A DNA stretch of 62,976 nt, counting the filler, from Reticulomyxa filosa (taxonomy: Eukaryota > Protista > Foraminifera), in assembly GCA_000512085.1 (NCBI GenBank). It is 21 parts of 21 records of this genome, joined end to end, with 100 filler letters (N's around TTAATTAATTAA, not from the genome) between each part and the next. Parts side by side here need not be neighbours in the genome. Positions count along the whole stretch, not along the records: positions 53,137 to 62,976 come from ASPP01006100.1; 20 more parts are not named here. The stretch is one strand, 5' to 3'. Made by a program: the position numbers and the translations under genes. This document shows positions 53,687 through 62,976 of the stretch, piece by piece (the stretch's first letter is position 1; every line of letters begins with the position of its first letter). The notes under the pieces are model-generated. The model saw nothing but the letters and a program-made list of their open reading frames with translations, had not been told where the DNA came from and made no database searches.

Positions 53687-54338
53687 TATTCACATACGTG
53701 TATACATGCATTCCTCTTTTTATTTTTTGTGCTTTTTTTGTCTCAATTTCTTCAACAACCCAATCTGACCCCACACGTTTTAAACACCCTTTTTTTTTCC
53801 CCTTCTCGATAAATATTATCTTTTTTCTTTTTAATATAAGTTTCATTACAAAGGAAAAAGTGGTCAAAGATTTTTGACGTAATGATTGGTTCAAAGTTAT
53901 ATTTTGTCAACCTTTTTTTTCTTCAACTTGTTTGTTACATATAAGTAAGGGTAAGTCTGACCAGCTGTTGGCCAGGCACTTTTTTTATTTTGTTTTTTTT
54001 AAAACCTTGAAAAAGGTTATCCAACGTTTTCATTGCGATTTGTGTGTACATTGGAATTCAGGTCATAATATAAAAACCAATTTTATTTTAAAAATATCTT
54101 TTTTCTTTTTCCAATCATCTAGTGCCAATGGAATGAAAGTATTCTCAGGATCTTGTATATGTTTGGTTTTCTTGTTAGAAAAAGTTTTTAAGGTTTTAAC
54201 ATTTTAAAAAACAAACTGGATTTACCTAAGAAAAAAAACATGTTTTGACAAGAAAATGATCCACTTTATGTCGGTATGGTATAGTGGGGGGGTTGTAAGA
54301 AAGAAAGAGACAGAAAAGTGCACAATATAAACGTGGTG

Positions 54339-55151
54339 ATGTCTGCGGATGATTCAGCAAAGAAAGGGTCTTCAGAAGAAGAGAAGCAAAGCAATGCTTC
54401 AGCAACCTCGGCTGAAAAGGTCACTACAACCGATGATAATCCAGAGCATTTAGTTGCTCAAACTACCGACTTCAACTCGAGAACGGACAGAAAATGTGTG
54501 AATATTCCACAAACCAGTGGCAAAGGAGATCGACCCATAATTGTATTCAAAATAAAGAAACAGTTTTTTGCGCTTGATGCAAGATGCTATCATGCAGGAG
54601 GTTATTTACTCTCAATTAAATCAACACCAAACAAGATAAAACAATCATTCATCAAACAACATGAATAAATACAAAATTTAAACAAAACAAAGGGCCATTG
54701 GAAATGGGAGACATTGAAGAGATCGAAGAACGGATGTGCATCAAGTGTCCTTGGCACAGATACATTATCGATCTGAGCACTGGGGTTTGTTTGGCTACAT
54801 TGAATATATTATACGTACATATATGTGAGAGACAGCAGATTGAAGCAAGTTGGACAAAAGATCACAATTGTTGTGTATACATGTTTGTTTGTTTTTTAAT
54901 TTGCGTCGATTACAAAGGAAGGGTTGTATATAGTCTATGATCCAGTTACAAAAACAAAAGCAAGTAAATACACCTCGAAGGGCAAAAGACAGCGTACACA
55001 TGAAGTGATTGTGCGAGGTACCTCTATTTACGTGAAGTTGAACAAAGAAGATAGAAAATTTGAAAGTGATCAATATGCCAAACCTTTGAATAATGCCGAC
55101 GAGGGACCTTCCATTTCTTTTAAAACCCCAGTCAAAATTGATAGTAAATGA
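54339..55151 (+). CDS. Rieske [2Fe-2S] domain-containing protein (RFESD-like), 3 exons
   Basis: CYHAGG/GPL..GDIEE..CIKCPWHRYIIDLSTG/EGLY..SKGKRQRTHEV. Introns at 54601-54692 and about 54785-54917. Confidence 0.9.
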
Positions 55152-55449
55152 ATAAGGAAATTCTTTTTTTTTGTTGCTTGTCTCTGTAACAAGGGAGGAA
55201 ACTATGTAAATGTCAGCATTTCTCTCCCAAGCCTTTTTTTTTTAATATTGCTACTCTACAACGTTTTTTTTCGAATCTCCAAAATTTGGCGTCGTGTTTT
55301 TTTTTACTCTATTGCAGACGAAATTTTCAATAAAATAAACACCCGAATACTCTCATAATTAGTCGATGCTAATTAATCAATTTTTGTTATTTCTTAGTAA
55401 AAATTTTGCGTGGCAATATAATAACTTGCTTTATGCTTCTAACAGACTA

Positions 55450-58400
55450 ATGAAGCCAAAACCAAAAAAAGTTTCTAACTCAAAATCAGAAGATTTTGAA
55501 TTGGACCTGAGCGGAAAAGTAATATTTGTGCCTTGTTTTTCTCTTGTTTCATTGAAAAAGCGAAAATTTAAAACAGGTATGGCAAGAAGTGGATCGTGTT
55601 TTATCACTTTCACAATGGACAAACGTCAGGCAACTAATTGTCCATAACAGCTCGTTGGCAAGTATCCCTACATTACCAATAAATGTTGAAGTGATAGACT
55701 TGTCACGGAATCATATCGAAAGGATTGAGGGTTTACATTCTTTGAGACATTTAAGAATATTACAGTTTGTTGATTCAGACATTTTTAAAATTTTTTAATT
55801 CACATATGATCCCGACGCTTGTGTCCGCTCGTTTCAAACGTACATTTTTTTATGTTTAAAAAACGTACAGATTGTCACACAACGAGATTCGAAGAATTGA
55901 AGGATTAAGTAAAAATATTTATCTTCAGGAATTATATTTACCTCACAATCACATCCATCAAATCGAAAATTTGGAAAATATGGAGTTACTGAATACACTG
56001 GACATTCGATTCAACCAAGTGAAGTACAAAGCTTTTTCCTACAAAAATTCACAACACATATACAAATTTTAACGAAACAAAAAAATTAAGATAAACAGCA
56101 TCGAAAGTTTTAAGAAGACTTGAGTCGAATGCAAATTTAAAGACAATTTTTTTTGGAAGGAAATGAATTGGTCAACAGAATGCCCAGCTATAGAACAGCG
56201 CTTTTTCAAATGCATTTGCAGTTAGTGGCCATCGATGGTCTGAAAGCAAAAGGTGTTCCTACACGTGGAGTGACTTATCAGCAGCAATTTCAAGTAATAT
56301 TTTTATTTTGTGGCTCTTTGGACTAAAAAAAATGTTTTCTAATGTTCATTTTTTTCTTGGGCACATGCAAACGCTGCTATGGCAGCCAATAGATCCTCGT
56401 TTGAAAAAGTCACACAGCGCAACATTGCCACGATATATGACGGCAACTATTTCTAAAAAACTAAAAGCAGGATATCCAGAACAAAAACTGAAAAAAAGAA
56501 AGCAACGTTCAAATTCAATAGTGGGGTACTAAAAAACGATCACATTTTGTTTCTTCCTTGGGCTGTTTTTGTCCTTTTTCTTCCAAGTGAAGACATTAAT
56601 AACAAAATAAAAATAACAGAACTATGATTACTGATCAAAATTATCATATTTATCCAAAAGATGAAGCGTCATCAAACGATGAAGAAAATGAACACGAAAC
56701 CGAGAAAAGGGGCACACAAGTGGATCGAGTCTCTCTAAAGAGAGTTCAAAGCGTGTACAAGCAAGTAAGTATTTTATTTATTGCGATTTATTTTTTATGC
56801 AGATGTGGTACTTATATTTTTGAAAATATTAAATAAAAAAGTTTGAAGATAGCTCTTTCATGTCTCCATTGTCGTCTTTAAGTGGTCCGATTACAACAAA
56901 CATCAACATCAAAGATCTCATTCAAGGTAAAGTTTTAAAGTTGTTGAGAAGAGAGCGATAAAATATCTAAGATTGAAAATATTTTTTTTTAACAGCACAG
57001 GAAAGTAGCGAAGTGGATGAAGGAAGAAAAGTTATTAGTACAGAGATACTGGACTATGATAAAGACACTTGCTTAACTGATACAATATCAAATGAATTGA
57101 ATATGATTGATTTCAAGAAAAGCGATAAAAAAAGACAAGAAACACAAGCAGATAAATTGATGCAGGATCCAGCCAAAACCAAAATCAAAGATGTCATCAA
57201 AAAATTAAATGAAAAAATAAACAAACTATATAATTGGCATTTAGTGGAAATTGACCTGGTTTCCAAGCAGCAAATTCAACTCAATGAAATTCGTTCTGAA
57301 TTAGATGTGACTAAAAGCAACATCAACACAATCGCTCAATCTACATCAAGGTCATCAATTGGATTTGTACAACCAGTATGTAGATTTTTTTTATTAAAAG
57401 GGTTTTTCCAAAAGTAAAGAGAATAAAAAAATGATAATTTATATGCACATGCACCATTAAGGCATTTCCTGAAGTTTTAGAACCACTTCTAAACAATGAG
57501 GAAGAGAAAGACACAGGAGTAGAAATAAATGCGTTTGAAACTAGTCATGATGAAAGTTCAAACGATTACAAGCCTGCATTTGTGCATAAGACACTCCAAA
57601 AGTGTTATGAAATACTGAAAAGAGAGAGTGCGTCATTGAAAGAATTAGAAGCAATTGCAACTCTGGTTCGGCAGTACGAGTGCGAATTTGAAAGTGGAAA
57701 ACAAACATTGCCATACAAATCTTATGTGGCTAGCCCATTGCAATGTACAACAAATGAGAAGAACAACATATCAAAATCAACTCCAAGTGAACGAGGGGTT
57801 CACAACAGTAACAATCTGCAAAGCAAGACAGTGCACAAAGAAATTGAATTTTATAATCAAGAAATTGAACAACTACAGCATGATTTAACATGTTTAGATC
57901 AAACAAATGAGAAATCCTGCAAACAAAACAAAACAGCTAATAAAGAGGCTTCTGGTGAAGATAGCCTCCAAACAAAAGGCGAGCCAGTAAATGAAAAACT
58001 GTTGAATGACTGGTTGATAGAACTATCTGACGAGTTAAATACAAGTAAATTGTCATTGAAGCATCTTATTCAAATCACTGCTCCCGAAAATCAAAATATC
58101 AAATCTAAAGTGAGAGAGTTTTTTTTGCTAACGTTACGGTTTCCCTTTTACCTCTTTTTCTTTGTAAAATAGGTGACCGAGTTTCATGTGGTCGCAACAA
58201 AATGTGAAATGTTTGCTGATATTGAAATTCCACAAGCGGTAAAAATGGAACAACTGAAATTACCGCTGATTATTCGAGCAAAAATTTTTGAGTATGTATC
58301 TGACTTAGAACAAACCAAAAACACCATTTACGATTTAATAATGCTAGTCTTGCAAGATAAAGCTCCAGAAGTTGTAAATCAAAAAAGAAATGACATTACA

Positions 58401-58577
58401 AGTAATCCCAAACTATGCAATACCACAGAGTATCAATTGTGTTTTGAACAACTAAAAAGAGAAGCTGGTAAGCAAGACAAAACTTTGCCACTTAATGATT
58501 TTGACATTCGAAGCTCAACAGAAGAAGACGCCATTCAGTCCACTCTTCAAATAATCAAGCAATCTCAAAACATTTGA
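55450..58577 (+). CDS. SDS22-like leucine-rich-repeat N-terminus plus coiled-coil protein, multi-exon
   Basis: IDLSRNHIERIEGL, LSHNEIRRIEGL, LYLPHNHIHQIENL, LDIRFNQ and an LRR-cap-like GNEL..SYR..AIDG. Downstream coiled-coil exons. Confidence 0.75.
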
Positions 58578-59948
58578 CGTTACTATTGCTTGTGGACAGG
58601 GAAACAACAACGACACGACAAAAAATTATTTAAACAATATTCACACAATGTAAACAAAATTGCAAAGTTTACTTTTACACATGACAGAGTTTATCAATTG
58701 CAACTTCAATGTTTTTGTGAATTTAAAAAAAATTGGAACGTTATTTATTAAAAAGCTATTTCTAGGTATAATGGCATTTTTTAAAGAACAAACAACTGCA
58801 AATGCAGTTTTTCTTATATAGTTTTTGCGTGCAGTGAAGCAGCTACTTAAGACGTCCATGTCTAGAAAACACTACAACAATTATATTCAAAAAGTTTTTT
58901 TTAATGTATATGGCATATGCCACTAAGACTATGCAAGAGGACATACATGTATAAAAAAGCTAGCTTGTTCATAAACTGAAGTTAACACTAAATTTAATGG
59001 GAAAAAAAATATTTGCGGACTTTTACTCTTTGCGTTCGTTGTCTATTATACAATTTTTAATGCAAAAACTTGTTTTTGGTTTAATAAGATTGCATTTAAG
59101 CTGTCTTTGTTCAAAACTTTTGATAATACTTCTCAGAATGCAGCTTTATGAACGTGATTACCAGTAATTAATTATTGACTAATTTTTCACAGTATTTGAT
59201 CCGTTTTTTCTAACTGTTTCAATAGCTTTTTTGTAGATAGACTTGAATTGTTTCTTCTAAGATCATGATATTACGTTATGCCAAATAATAGATATCTGAT
59301 AATAATTAATACTTAAAACTGGGCAGCAAATATGTATTCTATGATTCCAACAAAATTAAATCTTTGTAATGTAATAATGTAATTCTTGTAGACTTAATTT
59401 CAATAGAACAATTTTTTTACGTTTTACAAGCAATCATAAACGGATAATAATCCAAGACAGAACTTCATAATATTAAAAACTGGTAATCGTTAAAAGTTGA
59501 TTAATTGTCCAAGCGGTTGAGTCTAAGATAACTTTACAAACACGAAGATATGTTCCTACACTTTAATTTGAGTAACAATGGCTCAAAGAACGATGGAAAT
59601 GAAGTTTTTTGTTTAGTATGTAGATATTCATGAAGATGTAATATAAATGAAAATAGAAATCTTTTTAACTCGATTTTGTTACAGCAACAGGTTTTAGTGC
59701 TGTTTTTCAATAATACAAGGGAACTTAGGGTAGAACTTTGGATCACCGGAAATGTGCACATTTTCAGTCGTTGGACGAGTAAGACGGGGTTTTGTTTTTT
59801 TTTTGGTTTGATTTTTATTCATTTCACTTTTTTTGGCTCTTTCAGGCTTGCATTTGTATAATATATCACAAAGCAGGGTGAATCGCACTGGAGGAATGCT
59901 TGCCTTGTAATAATAAGTAGTATTTGTCGAATATATGACAAAAAGCGA

Positions 59949-60958
59949 TTGAAATCAGTGAAATATTTTGAAACAAGATTTGACGAATGCAATAGCAAAA
60001 GCAATACAGCAGACGACGATGCAAGCAATATAATTAATGCAGTGAATGGGAGCTCTCCGATCGTAGCGTGTGACATAGGAACAATAAACATAGCCATAAC
60101 ACATCAATCATTAGAACTGCTAATCGAAACAATGAGTCACAAAACGCCAACGATTCCAATTGAAATGTGTCCCGACCAATTGCTTCCTTTTTAATAAGCG
60201 CAGAATTCTTTGGAGTGGCATTGTCAGAAGAGTGTTTATATCAATACTTGTGCCAGTGCAAGCAGCTTATAACGAAGAAAAAATTTCGGACTCTCAAAAT
60301 GGAATGCAAAGTGCATCTCAGCGACGTATATGTTAAGAAGTTGCATCTCGCTATTGAAAAATTCCAAAAAAATGTTATCAACTTTAAGCCCGACATATTG
60401 AAAATCGTGGCCAAGGCGATTACTGAAGGAAAGATCATTAGTGTTGAAGACAAGGTTAGTATATACATACATCGACAAACTCAAAACTTCTACGTATACA
60501 TATACATGTACGTATATAAATTTTTTTTTTTTTCTTCTCCATCTTCCCTGTTTTGGATCATTGTAGGGTGAAGAAATTGGTAGAAGCAATGAAAGTGATG
60601 AAGACAACAAAAAAGAGGAATTGCACAAGCCAATGAATTCGTATGTGAGTCAAATCTATCGACAGTTTACAGCACAAATGGAGAAGCTGAGCACTACAGG
60701 CGGTGGGATTGTAAGCACAGCCGCGATAGGGTCGGATAGTAACCTGCCGTCAATCCATAGCGACATCTACGACTATTGGCAAGTGATCCGCGAGTATAGT
60801 GAGCTGTGGAAGAATGACGATTTATGGAATGGGGTTGCAAAGTACTTGGACAAGCATCGCAACTTACATTTGATCACCGACTTGATCACATTGATCTGCT
60901 TTCATCCGAAAGGGCACTTAATTTTGGAACATTCGAAATATGGAGCGATAACAAATAC

Positions 60959-60996
<38 letters not shown>

Positions 60997-61388
60997 TCTA
61001 TTCCATGACAACAACTGGTCAAGGGATGAGGTTAGTGCAAGGGATCGACCCTTTGATAACAAAATTGAAAGAGTGCAACGACGTCAATATCAAAAAAGCG
61101 TTGCCAAAAATTGTCACACTCAATCTCACAAAATGGATGCATTTAACCAAAAATTGCTTGTTGTCCGACATTCCCCATTACAGTGATTCGCCGTGGACTA
61201 TTTATTTGATGGCCGAAATGAATAATAATATCACCTTTTACCAACTTGCACATCGCTGCTGTTCGTACTACTTGCATCACTGTTTGCAAGACAAAAGTCA
61301 AAAATGTCCCTTCCTCTATGATGTCCTCATGCAAAGGGCGTTGGAACTCAAAGTTCAATCTGGCTATGTTGAACACATTGTCATGTAA
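59949..61388 (+). CDS. Hypothetical multi-exon protein with a weakly BTB-like N-terminus
   Basis: ORFs 59949 and 60167 join at a poly-T frameshift (LLPFLISAEFFGV); an intron at about 60455-60567 leads to ORF 60621. Confidence 0.45.
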
Positions 61389-62976
61389 CATATCTCTATC
61401 TCATTTAGTTAACAAAGTGCTATGGCAGTTGTAAGACAAAAATGAGAAACTTATTATTATTATTATTATTTTTTTTTTTTTATATTGTTTAAAATCAAGA
61501 AGTATCTGCCAATCATAAACTACTGTCCATTCATGCTCTTTTTTTTTTTAGTTGTTGCGCATTATCAATACTGCTTTTCAACGCTGCTGATATTGGAATA
61601 CTTCCCAAACAAAATTACAACTACTCATAAACAAAAAATCCACAAAAATCATTGGAAAAAAAGACATTTTTGTCCAAATCAGAAATACTTCTTTAAAAAA
61701 CTAGTGTTATACTTCAAAACTCTAATACTTGTAGCAATTTAAAGATTAGGTTTGAAAAAATCAACTATATTATATGTTGCCTTTTTTTTTTTTGCAAACT
61801 TCAAAGAATTTCATATAAATTTGAATGGTGCAGAAAAGCAATATTTTTACCAGAAGGACCAAAATGGCTGTGCCATTATGAGACAAGTCTTTTTTCTATC
61901 CGACATGTGCAGTACAGCTTGTTGAAAGAATATTCAATAAATGGAATACAATTTTTTGCCGATGTAAATGTAATATTATCATATCCAAATGATCAAACAA
62001 TTTGACTTTAGAATGTACAATTTGCTTAGAATTATGGAGAATATCAATTTAGGACAACAAGTTCTCAGCTTTTGCTCGATGCTATTATCACATCAAGTTC
62101 ATAGGTCAAACAATTGACTATGAAATACAAAATCTGTACGGCCCAAGTGGGAAAGTGTTTATACTTTTGAATGTTTACCAAATACTAATTAATTATTTTA
62201 TCATTGAAGGAACAATAGAAATATGTGAAAGAAGTCATCACTGAAAGCAAGTTATATCGTATCAAAACACAAGATTTCTCATAACGGTTGCAATCTTGTT
62301 TGTCTTGTTTACATTAATATATTTCGAAAAAAAAGTGATAAAGTCCGAAAAAAAATTTCAATGACGAATACAAATAGTAAAAACAAATTTTATTCGATTT
62401 TTTGAAAAAAAATAAAAGAGTAATTTATCATCCTTGTACAAACTGATGTCGACGTAAATCTGTGAATATTCAATGCACTGATATTTATTTCTGAAAGTTG
62501 TTGGAAGTCTGCTACTGATAAGAGACTGCACTAAATGTAATACGAAAAGGTTTACTTAAAAAGATATCGGTTTTCGACAAAACAAGTAAATTAAGTAAAT
62601 GAAAGATAAATGACACAATAAAAGAAATAGAAACAAATAGATTGAAGAAAGTTTGTGGAGAAGTCTAACACAATGTGCTCCTAAATTCTTTCATAGTTCA
62701 GCCATATATAGTATGTACTTAACATGCAAAGTTTTGATGTTTTGATATTATTATGCCGCAACTATACAAATTTACAACAAAAACATATCAACAAATAACT
62801 AGAAATTATTTTATATTATATCTATCCTAGCAACAAAAAATCATATTACACTATATTGCAAAAAAAACTGACATACCTAAATGGCACTATATAAAGAGAA
62901 TCAATTTTCTCCATGAAAAATAAAGATTTAAACCTAATTTTTTTAAAAAAATATCTACTAGTCTTGTAGTTTTTAA

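Noticed and set aside
56095-56165. Recurrent frameshifts (also near 21450, 25770, 32030 and 60190) as programmed recoding or an alternative genetic code
   Set aside because: They fall in or beside homopolymer runs and are best explained as sequencing indels. Intact genes end in TAA or TGA with no in-frame read-through.

Overview
This window is not a continuous locus. It is 21 short contigs joined by 20 artificial ~100-nt linkers (N-run + TTAATTAATTAA + N-run), so gene neighbourhood is only meaningful within a contig. Twenty contigs are AT-rich, intron-containing eukaryotic DNA. Their gene repertoire (HEAT-repeat, TPR, CAP-Gly, RNF213-like and ART-like expansions, many pseudogenes, Asn/Asp-rich repeats) suggests a foraminiferan such as Reticulomyxa filosa; this is an inference. 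Recognisable genes are transportin, an ankyrin-repeat membrane protein, a class-III aminotransferase, Rab7-like and Rab1-like GTPases, RidA, a cytochrome P450 N-terminus, a RapGAP/RalGAP-like protein, a C-type lectin, a TKL kinase C-terminus, a Rieske-domain protein and an LRR/coiled-coil protein. Decayed LINE and Tc1 (DD34E) elements are also present. One GC-rich contig (27770-28983) is bacterial (hipA plus a CoA-transferase fragment). The most interesting item is contig 31266-36655, where an apparently catalytically degenerate ADP-ribosyltransferase-like gene converges on a gene encoding vWA + PARP-type PADR1/Zn3 domains with no PARP catalytic domain. Also notable are a Rab7 with a GC-AG intron and a P-loop GKI substitution, an RNF213-like protein with a degenerate RZ finger, and an intergenic hairpin cluster. 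Many frameshifts sit in homopolymers and are probably sequencing errors. All gene models were spliced and translated by eye, and family assignments come from remembered motifs, not searches.
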